Source: Eledone cirrhosa
Lineage: Eukaryota
NCBI GenBank assembly: GCA_964016885.1
Contig: OZ024747.1
Coordinates: forward strand, 42,966,001 to 43,030,000
Length of the DNA: 64,000 nucleotides
Direction of reading: 5' to 3'
Below, in pieces: positions 1 to 13,390 of the stretch; the stretch's first letter is position 1, and every line of letters starts with the position of its first letter. The translations under genes and the position numbers were made by a program. The notes beneath the pieces are model-generated. The model worked only from the letters and a program-made list of their open reading frames with translations. It was not told where the DNA came from and searched no databases.

Positions 1-546
1 TACAAAACTTCATTGTCTTACACTTGCCTTAATTCCCTAAATTGGTCCTAGGCTTATACACACATTATACTGCACTCAAATACAGTTAAATACAATAAGC
101 TATATAAATAATATACACACAAATAACATAAAACCTTTAACACTACACATATCGCTCTTCATGATAATATGGGTCAAATACAACAACATATAAAAATAAT
201 ACACACACAAACACAAGTGCACACATAAGTTAAAAAAACATAACATATACTTAACAACACCCTACACCTTAATAAAAACATGCCTTTACTACAATAATCC
301 ATATAATTATACACATGAAAATACAAACACTATACACATAAAAATACAAACACTACCATATACAGTGTCACTATGACCTATGTCAGAGTAGGCTTTGAAA
401 CCTTAGGTAGCAAGCAACTGTGTTAGAAATTATTTATGATATATATATATGTAAAAGGTAAACAGAAATAACAAAAGTAACAAAACAGATGGCTCAGTAC
501 ATGGAAGCAATATATTAGTTTAACTCTTGAAATAGCCGGAAGAGAA

Positions 547-582
547 TCTTAACGTTTTGGACAATAGTCCTTCATCAGAAGA
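547..582 (-). ncRNA. Decayed minimal type I hammerhead ribozyme motif in a short (TA)n-anchored non-coding element (about 450-697)
   Basis: Minus strand reads TCTT-CTGATGA-A-GGAC-TATT-GTCC-AAAA-CG-TT-AAGA. Stem I TCTT/AAGA and stem II GGAC/GTCC are present, but GAAA has become AAAA. The element 3' end (GTTATTTCTGTTTACCTTTTACATATA) matches the family copy at 45901-46165. Confidence 0.65.
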
Positions 583-696
583 TAGAGTTAGAAATAGAAG
601 ATAAATAGAAAGTAAAGAGTGATGATAGAAAGGAACGCAGAAAATGAGAAAAAAAAATGGGGAGAAAAAAAACACACGTGCGTACTCAGTTGACCA

Positions 697-763
<67 letters not shown>

Positions 764-1344
764 AACAGTTGTCTCCGACATTGCTTAGGCATTGAATATG
801 TAGTGAATAAGTTTTTCTTTTGTTAAACTTAAATGATCTTAATTGTCTTAATTTATAGAAAGTTTTTATGAAGTTCTTTATAAAACCAGAGATATACAAA
901 CCTACACTTCACACACAGAGACACACAAATATGCACACACACACACACATGAACACATACATATATATATATATACATACACCTACACACAGAAAGACTT
1001 ATAAGCTTATATAAGAATTTGTTTTAATTTCTCATACAACTAAGACTGACCAATAAATCTCTGGAAGGTGTCCAAGGTCATACAGTCTCCAGAAGCAAAT
1101 GCTGCAGGCTGCAGCAGATTATTGAATAAACTAAATAAATGTTTAAAATATTTCTACTTTAACCTAAGTATCATGAATAAGAAATGGAAGAGGAAGAAGG
1201 ACATTTTGTAGTTTTGATTTTACACTCCTGTGTATAGAGTATTTGGCTTTCTCTCCTATCTACCATTTTCAGGGGTTTTTTTTTGTCTCATCTATCTTAT
1301 TTTTTCTTTTCTCTCTCAAAAATCCTCTCTTTTCTCTCATTCTA

Positions 1345-1380
1345 TCTTCTGGTGAAGGACTAATGTCCAAAATCTTAAGA
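1345..1380 (+). ncRNA. More decayed copy of the same hammerhead family
   Basis: TCTT-CTGGTGA-A-GGAC-TAAT-GTCC-AAAA-TC-TT-AAGA. The stems are kept but the core has two substitutions. Confidence 0.5.
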
Positions 1381-1753
1381 CTATTTTCCAACTATATTGC
1401 ACATTAAATAATATACTACCATTGTATTGTATTGTTCTCCTGTATTAAACTCAGAATGTAAATGGCCATAACCAGCAAAGCATTTTGTCTGACACATTCA
1501 TTCTGTCAATCCACTGCCCTTCAAACATCTGATATATAAAAACACTTCATTTCAAATAGTATCTTTAGAATAGTTACACTGTATCTCTGTGTTGAAATAG
1601 ATGATTAAAATGGTTGATGTCAGGAAGGGCATTTGTAAGATATTGCCTGAAAACATTGTGTCCAACCCATGCTAACATGGAAAATTTGATATAAAAACGA
1701 TGATGATGATGATGATGATATATGACACAGGCGACACACAGACACAGACACAG

Positions 1754-1784
<31 letters not shown>

Positions 1785-1865
1785 GAGAGAGAGGGAGGTA
1801 GAACACTGGAAGGTAATATCCATAGTGGTAGAGCACTCAGTCCATGGGACGAGTTATAACTATGT

Positions 1866-1915
1866 CCATTACGAGCTGAGGATACGCTAAGGTGAAACAA
1901 TTGTTCTCGGTATGG
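1866..1915 (+). ncRNA. Type I hammerhead ribozyme motif with palindromic stem III
   Basis: CCAT-TA-CGAG / CTGAGGA / T-AC-GCTAAG-GT / GAAA / CAATTG / TT / CTCG-GT-ATGG. Complete CUGANGA..GAAA..UH core, bipartite stem I, weak stem II. It lies in a module of about 150 bp between (TA)/(GA) tracts. Confidence 0.6.
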
Positions 1916-1943
1916 TGAACTAACTGTTGTGTTACCACTTATA

Positions 1944-1974
<31 letters not shown>

Positions 1975-2114
1975 TTAAAAGTTAAACAAGGTTCAATGAA
2001 TACATCAAAGAATGAGTTTTACAATAGATTGGAAGCACTCAACAGTTATGGTTTTCCGGAGTTATTAATATTAATTCAAAATATTTACAAAATAGATATT
2101 CTTGTGATCAATTA

Positions 2115-2181
2115 TATTTTATTATACATATTTCAGAGGTACTGAGTTAAGTTCAACAGTACGTCCTCATCAGATAAAATA
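2115..2181 (-). ncRNA. Type I hammerhead ribozyme motif
   Basis: Minus strand reads TATTTTAT-CTGATGA-GGACGTACTG...CAGTACCTCT-GAAA-TATGTA-TA-ATAAAATA. Stem I is 8 bp and the core is complete. Confidence 0.8.
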
Positions 2182-2329
2182 AGATGATGCATGACATACC
2201 CTGACATAGTAGATGTTTAAGATTCAGTCATGGTTAAGATTCACACTCTTTCTCTAATATATATATATATATCACTACCATGACTGAATCTTAACCATCT
2301 ACTATGTCAGGGTATGTCATGCATCATCT

Positions 2330-2396
2330 TATTTTATCTGATGAGGATGTACTGTTGAACTTAACTCAGTACCTCTGAAATATGTATAATAAAATA
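2330..2396 (+). ncRNA. Type I hammerhead ribozyme motif
   Basis: TATTTTAT-CTGATGA-GGATGTACTG...CAGTACCTCT-GAAA-TATGTA-TA-ATAAAATA. Confidence 0.8.
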
Positions 2397-2436
2397 TAAT
2401 TGATCACAAGAATATCTATTTTGTTAATATTTTGAA

Positions 2437-2467
<31 letters not shown>

Positions 2468-2471
<4 letters not shown>

Positions 2472-2770
2472 TCATGGATGAGCTGAGGGAGAAAGTGGAT
2501 TTAAGAGAAATCCGAAGTGGTGTGCAATAGAAAAGACTGCATTGGTACGGATATGTGATGTACATAAATGATAATCGATGGGAAATCCAGGAAATCCCAA
2601 TGTGAGGAAAGCCACAGTAGTTGTAGACCAAGAAAGACCTGGGCAGAGGTGGTGAGAGTGACCACAAATCATTGTGATTCACAGAGGAGATGATGATTGA
2701 ATGCAGCAAGTGGGAGATGCTATGCTGAGAAAAGCAGACATAAAAACGTTGATGATGATGAGGATGATGG
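2468..2770 (+). mobile_element. Highly decayed RTE-clade LINE 3' fragment
   Basis: Resembles the RTE 3' end at 11814-12262 (remnants of LRWYGHV and GRPRKTW) and ends in a (GAT)n tail. Confidence 0.6.
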
Positions 2771-2798
2771 TAAACAGACACACACACATATAATATAT

Positions 2799-2859
<61 letters not shown>

Positions 2860-3647
2860 TATACATCTATACACACTCTTTGATTTACTGATTATTTGTT
2901 TTCTTTGCTTGTCTTGGTTTCTACTTTATGTTGGTAAAAGAAACTACCATTGAAAGAATCTGCTCAGGTAGCGTTTCTATAAGGAATAATACTGACACTT
3001 TTGTTCCCTTTCAAAGCAGTGAAACTCCATATTGTATTTTACATTTCATGAGCACACGCACACATGCCCTCCACCACTCCTCACACGCACACGCACATAC
3101 ATGTATGAGTGTGTGTGTGTTCATGCATGTATGTTTGTCTCTCACTCTCTTTCTCTAATATATATATCTATATGGTGGCTGCCAACTCGTTTTCGAGTAC
3201 GGCCACTACTTTATATCCATGTAGGAGAACCCCTACCGATGCGCTGAACGAGTGTGACTTTTTAGTCCAGCCAGCGACTTGAAAACTGGCACAATCACTA
3301 CATTTGTGACAATCATTGACACATAGTGTTGGGCCCATGGTACCACGTGATGACAAGTGCAGAGAGATCTCCAGATATAAAGCAATGCCTGTGCCATGAA
3401 GCTTTTATAGTGAGCAAAGGCAATGCACAAAGCCAGTCCCACTCTCTTAACCAAGATGATATTTACCAAAAAGAAGAACAAGTCAACATCATTGGATACC
3501 ATCAGGGTTGCAGGTGTTATATCAGAGTTTTCCTTCTCCTAGAATTCTGCCTTGACAAAGGCTAAGGGGTCATCTCTCCCGGTGATTTTAGATGGCCATT
3601 GACTCTGTGTGTGTGTATGTGTGTTTATCACTCTCTCTTTCTCTAAT

Positions 3648-3696
<49 letters not shown>

Positions 3697-3908
3697 CCGT
3701 TTTACATCCGTTCTTCCACGCTAGCATGGGTTAGACAGGTTGTCCTGTTGTGGGCAGTGTCCGGTCGGCTGACCATGTCTTGCTCATACAGGAACTGATT
3801 CTGGCTTGATTTCTACAGCTGGATGCCCTTCCTAACACCAACCTCATTTACAGTGAGTGCTAGGTGCTTTTTTTTGCCGTGGCACCTCCACGACCACCTT
3901 GCAGTGGG
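3648..3908 (-). mobile_element. SINE 3' fragment with RTE-type tail
   Basis: (CAT)n tail followed by sequence near-identical to the SINE copies at 24835-25136 and 32543-32885. Confidence 0.7.
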
Positions 3909-4321
3909 AGTGTGTGGGGGCATATTGTCTATATGCTTCAGCTTCGGCTTGTACCCGTGGGGGGGGGGGTCTTTTGTATTACTGCATGGCGCCAGAGGTC
4001 ACGATCGTGTGTCATCGCCTTTGAAAGGTATAATTGTCATGGTTAGTTTTACGATAATTCTTCCTTAGTTCCTTAAGGATAAGGTTATTATAGTTATCCC
4101 TAGATACACCATATAAATTATTAGTTTTGTTGGAGTGGACGAAGACATTTTTAGAGGAATTAAGGTTTAAAATCGTATTCCTGAGATTTACAAGGTGTTC
4201 TTGTCCTCTGTAAGGGTTTCTCTTGAATTTAAGACTTCTTATAATATTAATTAATTCTTCCTTGAACTGCACTAGATTTTTGTTGGAAGGAGGATTTCTT
4301 CTAGAGTTAAATAAATGAGCA

Positions 4322-6861
4322 ATGATGGAATCTATAAACTTTGAAGCTTCTGAGATTATGTCAAAACTTGGCATTGAAAAAAAGACCGAACCATTCCTCC
4401 CAAGAACTCCGAGGATAAATCTCAAGGATCATAAAAGTAATTTTCGAACGGAACTACCTGTTAGACTAATCGCCCCCTCTAAATCAGATTTGGGGGTTGT
4501 TAGTAAAGCCATCTTGGATAGAATTATCCCACAGGTTCGTTCTAATTGCTCTATTTCTAACTTAAATTTATGGTTTGGTACATCTGAAGTAATTGGCTGG
4601 TTCAACAACCTGAATAAGAAAAACAAACAAAAATGTATTCAATTTGATATTGCCAGCTACTATTCTTCTGTTTCGCCTTCACTTCTCAACAATGCTCTAT
4701 CTTTCGCATTTAAATATTCTGACATCACCACAGATGAACTTTACATCATTCTCACCGCAAGAAAAACCATGTTAGAATTCAACAATGAATGCTGGACTAG
4801 AGCCGATACTTCCAACAACTTCGATATCACAATGGGTGCTTCCGATTCATCACAATTGACTGATTTTATTGGTATTTATATTTTGAATTCTTTAAATCGG
4901 AAAATTCCTCAACTTCGCGGTGGAATTTATCGTGACGATGGACTTTTTACTATCTTAAATTGCAACTTAGTTAACCTTAATATTATTAAGAACAATATAC
5001 GTGATCTCTTTAAGCAACATAACAACGTCAAACTAGCTAACTTCTTGGATATATCCCTTAATCTTGACACTGGCCTATATTACCCTTACCATAAAAACAG
5101 TGAGAATCTAAATTATGTTAATTTTAAATCTAACCACCCCACTAACATTAAAAATGCTATAGTCAGTAATATTGGAAAAAGAATATCAAACCTATCCTCT
5201 AATAAAAAATATATTCGATGCTAACGCCAATTACTATAATAATGCGCTTTCTAAAGCCGGTTATCCTGATAAAATTAAATACAGTAAAGAAACCAATCCT
5301 AGAAGGTCTTACAGTAAAATAATTAATTATGAACATTCCAATAAGTTAAATAAAAGACCTAGATACAAAAATATAATCTGGTATAATGCTCCTTTCTCTA
5401 TTTCTATTAATAATAATATTCCTAAACTATTCTTTAGGGCCTTAGATAAATACTTCCCTCCCTCACATATCTATAGTAAAATCTTTAACAAACATACAAT
5501 AAAATTTTCTTATTCCACCTCTTCCAACATCTCTAACATTATCTCTAAACACAACAATAAAATATTAAATATTAAATCACATCCTTCCAACACTGAGCGT
5601 CATAATAATAGCAGTAGTACTCCCGACGTCATTTTTAACTCTAGGCTAAATTCTGTAAACTTAAATACGACGTCAAACGTAACTTCGTTGAATGTTCATA
5701 ATCCCATTCTAAATCAAGAAACTATTATTCCTATCGTAAATAACTTCTCCAATCCAATTCCTCCTATAAATAACACTAGGTTCACTATAAATAACAAAGA
5801 GTTCCAAGTATTTTATTATGCGCATTTCAAAAACAAATATCATCATGGGATGATATCTGCGTTTTCATCAGATAAAATAGGGATACATGATATGAAGCTT
5901 AAAAAACACTTGTGAATAGTGAAGTTTTAAATCAACATATGAAAAATAATTTAAGATTGATGTATGAGATTGGGAAAAAGCAAGGGGGGGGGGGGGGGTA
6001 AAGAAGAGGAGGAGATGAGTGTAAAGAATGGTGGGGGAGGAGTATAAGAAGGAAGGATGAGAGAGGAGGAGAGATGGCTGATAGAGAGAGAGAGAGATAG
6101 CCTTTACAACTGAGAAAATAATATATATTGTCTCACAGAGAGAAGTTAAAAAGCCGTTGGAAGATAATAGATAATTTAAAAGATTTTGAAATTAAAAGTT
6201 AATGAGGTTTGTCATAATAATAGCAGTAGTACTCCCGACGTCATTGTTAACTCTAGGCTAGATTCTGCAAACTCAAATACGACGTCAAACGTAACTTCAT
6301 TGAATGTTCATAATACCAATCTAAATCAGGAAACTATTATTCCTATCGTAAATAATTTCTCCAATCCAATTCCTCCTATAAATAACACTAGGTCACTTGT
6401 TAATAACTCTGTTAATTTCTCTAATTGCAATTGTAATTGCCCTGTTAGAACTAAATGTCCTCTTAATAACCATTGTCTTGATAAAAACTTAGTCTATAAA
6501 TGTAAAGTTATAACTGATACCAATTCCTTTACCTATTTCGGTATCACTTCCACCTCCTTCAAAGCTAGATTTTATAATCACAATTCGTCTTTTAAATACC
6601 AACTTAAAAGAACTAACACGGCACTCTCGGAACTCATATGGTCCTTGAAAGACAAAAAATATTAACTATAACATCTCTTGGAGAAAAGTTTGTTCTGCCT
6701 CTCCTTACTTGAATGCCTCCCTATCCAGAACATGTAATCTTTGCCTAGCTGAGAAATTTACCATTATATCTAATTTCAATTCTATAATAAATAGACGCAC
6801 TGATTTATTTTCTCTCTGCTTGCATAAATTCCACAGAACATTCCATAAAGTATACAGCTAA
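4322..6861 (+). pseudogene. Penelope-like RT-GIY-YIG polyprotein, frameshifted and interrupted
   Basis: ORFs 4322-5224, 5172-5915 and 6186-6665 plus a hand-translated C-terminus at 6661-6861. Frameshifts near 5210 and 6660, and an insertion at 5796-6210. Confidence 0.9.
5809..5879 (-). ncRNA. Hammerhead ribozyme motif in the inverted copy of the Penelope terminal region
   Basis: Reverse complement of 8016-8086 with an intact core. Confidence 0.85.
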
Positions 6862-8015
6862 TATCTAATACCTTACTAGTTTAAAATCCTTTTTCTCAAA
6901 GGCTTATATATCTTTTAAAAATATACCCATCTTTCTACCTTATTTCAATATTATTTATTATATATTATATAATACAATTTACTCATTCTATATCATTCTT
7001 CTTTATCATTTTCCTTTCTTCCTCTCTTCTTTTTAATTTCTAACCTCTAATCTGTACATTTTCTTCCTAACTACTTCTCAATTCTTATTATTACTCACCA
7101 CAACATTATCCATTCTTCCATCTTTCCTCATATCATTGGCCATAAAAATTATTTTTTTTTTAATACATTATAGTATTATCTTTAGTAGTCCTTCGTAAAC
7201 ATAACTTTTTTTGACGTTAGATTTTTTCTTCCTTAAATTTCTCTTATCTCACTCATCCTTTCATGCTCGCTTGACTTTTACATATTACAATACATAAAAA
7301 CAAACTTAAACCCTAACTAATTTCTTTTAATATATTATATTATTACCATTAGAAAATATTTCGTAAACATATATATTTTTTGATGTTAAATATTTTCTTC
7401 CTTAAACATTCTTTTCTTCTTTGCCTTCTGCGCTCATTTTTAAACAAACTATTTACGTACACATATTACATTACATAGAAACAAACTTAAACCCTATCTA
7501 ATTCCTCTAAATTCATAACTCATTCATTCTCCTCCTTCTTTTCACATTATCTCCTTAATAACATTAATATTTTTATTTTAATAATACATATTAATAAATT
7601 CTTTTCCTCGCGCATATTATTAAACCCTTCAATATACAAACCTTAATTTAATATTATTCTTAATTCCTTTCTCTTCATGCATAAACCTCATTAACTTTTA
7701 ATTTCAAATTCTTTTAAATTATCTATTATCTTCCAACGGCTTTTTAACTTCTCTCTGTGAGACAATATATATTTTTTTCTCAGTTGTAAAGGCTATCTCT
7801 CTCTCTATATCACCCATCTCTCCTCCTCTCTCATCCATCCTTCTTATACTCCTCCCCCACCATTCTTTACACTCATCTCCTCCTCTTCCTTACTTTTTCC
7901 ACCCTCACCCCTCACTTTTCCCCAATCTCATACATCAATCTTAAATTATTTTTCATATGTTGATTTAAAACTTCACTATTCACAAGTGTTTTTTAAGCTT
8001 TATATCATGTATCTC

Positions 8016-8086
8016 TATTTTATCTGATGAGAACGCAGATATCATCCCATGATGATATTTGTTTTTGAAATGCGCATAATAAAATA
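8016..8086 (+). ncRNA. Type I hammerhead ribozyme in the Penelope 3' terminal (pLTR-like) region
   Basis: TATTTTAT-CTGATGA-[GAACGCAGATATCATC-CCAT-GATGATATTTGTTTTT]-GAAA-TGCGCA-TA-ATAAAATA. Stem I is 8 bp, stem II about 16 bp and stem III is palindromic. Penelope-like elements are known to carry such motifs. Confidence 0.88.
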
Positions 8087-8206
8087 CTTGGAACTCTTTT
8101 AACCATCTTTTGATCTTATATTATTTATACTCCAGTCCTACAAACTGTAGAGTGCTACTTATCCGATATTTGCATTGCTTTATTGTGCTACATTAAAACT
8201 CACCTC

Positions 8207-9284
<1,078 letters not shown>

Positions 9285-9329
9285 CCCATGCTAGCGTGGA
9301 AGATGGACGTTAAACGATGATGATGATGA

Positions 9330-9448
<119 letters not shown>

Positions 9449-9527
9449 ATTGATATACCTGTGATATTACAGAGTTTCTATATCATATACACCATTAATA
9501 TTCCTGTGATATTACAGTGTTAATATA

Positions 9528-10634
9528 TCTCTATATAAAATTCTTTGTCTGTCTGTTCCTATGCATTCTCTGACGGCTGGACCAAATCAAGTCAAATTTT
9601 ACAAGGTAATTAGACCCCCAGGGAATGTCAACATTTAATTTTTATTTTCATTTGGATCAAATCAATATAAGATTTTAACTAAAATAATATTTTTGTAGTC
9701 AACTTTAGTAAACCACGCCGACAGCGACAACAACGACTCCCATTTTGTATATGTGTGTGTATGTGTCTGCGTTCGTTATGTATGTTAGGCCTCAGAGAAT
9801 TAAAACACACACACATCTACACATACATACACATAATGCGTGTGAATGTATGTGAGAGTGTAGACGTCACATTTTGTATGTGGATGTGTCTGTCTTAGTA
9901 TATGTATGTAAATGTATGTTAGAGTGTATGTGTATGTGTCTGTCTTAGTATATGTATGTGAATGTATGTTAGAGTGTATGTGTATGTGTCTGTCTTAGTA
10001 TATGTATGAGAATGTATGTTAGAGTGTATGTGTGTGTGAATGTATGTGAGAGTGTTTGTGTGAGTGTATGTGTGTTGACTGACATAACGATATTTTCTTT
10101 AGTCAACTATAGTAAACCACCACCACCACCACCACCACCACCACCACCACCACCACCACCACGACAACGTCACATTTTGTATATGAATGTGCACACAGAC
10201 AATTAAACACACACAAACATCTACACCTACTGATACATATGTGATGACAGACAGGTGTGCGTGAATGTATGTCTGTGTGTGTCTGTCTTAGTATATGTAT
10301 GTAAGTGTATGTGAGAGTGTGTGTGAGTATGTGTTAATTTTTATTTTCATTTGGATTAAAACAATGGGACATCGCATTTTGAATATGAATATGTATGTGT
10401 CTGTGAGTTCATTAGGTGCGTTATTAAATACACACACACCGACACATACATGAATTACACAATGAATATTGTTTACCCTAAGGTTCTAAATTCTATTATC
10501 ATTACAATTTTGATATTTCTTTTATAAAATATAGATATTTTGAAATAATTATGAGAAAAAAAAACCAACATATCTTCCTATTTATTGTTTACTCATCTGA
10601 ATAAGAACAGCAATAACCTGGGCAATTCAGCCAA
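9528..10634 (+). mobile_element. Decayed non-autonomous Helitron-like element
   Basis: The 5' start TC..TATATAAAA..TGTCTGTCTG resembles the element at 46219-46574. It has internal 42-bp and (CCA)n repeats and a degenerate 3' end, and it splits the 47-bp minisatellite. Confidence 0.5.
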
Positions 10635-11672
10635 TCATATATATAACATTGACACACCTGTGATATTACAGGGTTAATATATCATATATATACCTTTGAC
10701 ACACCTGTGATATTACAGGGTTAATATATCATATATATACCTTTGACACACCTGTGATATTACAAGGTTAATATATCATATATATACCTTTGATACACCT
10801 GTGATATTACAGGGTTAATATATCATATATATACCTTTGACACACCTGTGATATTACAAGGTTAATATATCATATATATACCTTTGACACACCTGTGATA
10901 TTACAAGGTTAATATATCATATATATACCTTTGATACACCTGTGATATTACAGGGTTAATATATCATATATATACCTTTGACACACCTGTGATATTACAG
11001 GGTTAATATATCATATATATACCTTTGACACACCTGTGATATTACAAGGTTAATATATCATATATATAACATTGACACACCTGTGATATTACAGGGTTAA
11101 TATATCATATATATACCTTTGACACACCTGTGATATTACAGGGTTAATATATCATATATATACCTTTGACACACCTGTGATATTACAGGGTTAATATATC
11201 ATATATATACCTTTGATACACCTGTGATATTACAGGGTTAATATATCATATATATACCTTTGATACACCTGTGATATTACAGGGTTAATATATCATATAT
11301 ATACCTTTGACACACCTGTGATATTACAGGGTTAATATATCATATATATACCTTTGACACACCTGTGATATTACAAGGTTAATATATCATATATATACCT
11401 TTGATACACCTGTGATATTACAGGGTTAATATATCATATATATACCTTTGACACACCTGTGATATTACAAGGTTAATATATCATATATATACCTTTGATA
11501 CACCTGTGATATTACAGGGTTAATATATCATATATATACCTTTGACACACCTGTGATATTACAGGGTTAATATATCATATATATACCTTTGACACACCTG
11601 TGATATTACAAGGTTAATATATCATATATATACCTTTGATACACCTGTGATATTACAGGGTTAATATATCAG
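10635..11672. repeat. 47-bp minisatellite, about 22 copies
   Basis: Unit TACCTTTGACACACCTGTGATATTACAGGGTTAATATATCATATATA. Two diverged units also occur at 9445-9527. Confidence 0.97.
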
Positions 11673-11813
11673 ATATACCAGAGACAGGTGAGTCTGACAC
11701 TTAGGATTGTCATTGATCACTATTGGTTGACGTTGGCCACTCTTCTTCAGATTAAAGCATAATTCTTGTTCACTATATTTTACATTCTGAGCGCGATGTT
11801 GCGATGCTTCATA

Positions 11814-12262
11814 GCTGCATGGTAGTGAGACTTGGGCAGCAACTGCAGAAGATATGCGACGGCTAGAGAGAAATGAGAAAAGCATCCTCCATTGGATGTG
11901 CAATGTCAATGTGCGTGAATGTCCCAGCATACATGTATTTAGAGAGAAACTGTATCTGAGAGGGATAGAATGTAGTGTGCGAGAGAGGAGACTGAGGTGG
12001 TATGGACATGTGATGCGCATGGAGGATGACCGATGGGTGAAGAAGTGTCAGGAAATGCCAGTTGAAGGAAGATGTGGTAGAGGTAGACCACGAAAAACAT
12101 GGGCGGAGGTGGTGAGAACAGACCTCAGATCGCTGAAGCTCACAGAGCAGATGACGAAGGACTGTGACGAGTGGAGAGATGCTGTGCTGAATAAGACCCG
12201 TCCCACCCTTGCAAGCAGGGAAAAGCAGACGTAAAATGATGATGATGATGATGAGGATGATG
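11814..12262 (+). mobile_element. RTE-clade LINE 3' fragment
   Basis: LHGSETW..RRLRWYGHVMRM..GRGRPRKTW, then a stop and a (GAT)n tail. Confidence 0.9.
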
Positions 12263-12313
12263 AAAACTCACCATCTGCCTAAGGTGAAACCTCTTTTGAA
12301 AGACTTAATATTT

Positions 12314-13062
12314 CTTACAACAGAAATCACAGTGGAATGTCAGAGAAACATGAAGCATTAAAGATAAGTCATAAATCTCAACCAAACCATATATCTGTGT
12401 TTTCTATTTCTGTCCACAGGACAGAATTGTTACATTTGTATTGTTTTATATTCTATCCACTGACAACTCAGCAATATCAACATTTTGTAGATAAACCTAC
12501 ATCGATAAACCTATATACTACACACAGAATTGTATAAAATAGACCTACATGCTAAACACACATAGACACAGCTGTATATAAAATAGGCCTACATACTACA
12601 CAGAGACATATATAAAATAGATCTACATACTACACAGAGACATATATAAAATAGGCCTACATACTACACAGAGACATATATAAAATAGATCTACATACTA
12701 CACACACACACAGACAGACACAGAACTACATATACAGACATATAAAAATAAACCTACATATTAAACACACACACACAGACATATATAAAATAAACTTACA
12801 TACTACACATACAAACACACAGAGACATATAACCAAAGTTGTTTATATATTTTTTAAAGAAAAATAATGTATGAGAAATGATTATCTTACATAAAACATT
12901 GATGACTTAAATAACCACATGTAGGTTGTAAAGTTCAGTGAATAAAGATAGAAATTTATTACCTCTGGCTCAACAAACTCAATAAATAGTTTAGACAAAC
13001 AATATTCCAAATAAATCATAATGATATCAAGTTGACAAATATACTTTCAAGAATATAAAGCT
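12314..13062. repeat. Segment duplicated in inverted orientation at 40284-40753
   Basis: 12314-12501 and 12850-13062 match the reverse complement of 40560-40753 and 40284-40495. The middle part is an expanded CA/TA-rich repeat. Confidence 0.9.
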
Positions 13063-13390
13063 AAAAACTTAATAATTTTTTCTACAGCTTTATTTGTTTA
13101 AAATCCAATATTTTTTTGTGTTACTTCTGGTAGGATGAATTGTTAGTTTGCAAAGGACAAGCGAAAATATTTTGTATATTCTACAAAAAAATATACTTTT
13201 ATCCAAAATACAGCTTGTTAGCTATCTTGTCTCTTGAATTACAACCAGGCTTGCTAAAAGGACGTTTACTAACTTTGTGGAATCCTCTTACTCTTCACTC
13301 CCCAACAAAGATCAGTTTGTAAGTTGTAAGAACTCATCCATTTGTCTCTTTTTCCTGCAGATCTTAACAAGATGACATAGTACTAATGTA

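Larger units (their letters stand above)
2068..2443. repeat. Inverted repeat with arms of about 167 bp (2068-2234 and 2277-2443), each arm carrying a hammerhead
   Basis: The arms are near-perfect reverse complements separated by a spacer of about 42 bp containing (AT)n. The whole unit is flanked by (TA)n. Confidence 0.9.
4033..8198 (+). mobile_element. Rearranged, defective Penelope-like retroelement (RT plus C-terminal GIY-YIG endonuclease)
   Basis: RT motifs LKDHK, PVRLI, FDIASYYSSV, MGASDS, YRDDG and FLDISLNL lie in 4322-5224. The thumb/linker region (WYNAPFS, KFSYS) is in the next frame. The GIY-YIG region CPLNNHC..VYKC..YFGIT..FKARFYNH..LSELIWSLK is followed after a frameshift by ISW..CNLCLAEK..NRR..CLH, with a stop at 6861. 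A long AT-rich 3' region carries a hammerhead and ends at a (CA)n tract. Confidence 0.92.

Noticed and set aside
371-410. Hammerhead-like CTATGA-CCTA..TAGG..GAAA-CC-TTA-GG-TA
   Set aside because: The CUGANGA box is incomplete and there is no stem I. It may be a decayed copy but cannot be supported.
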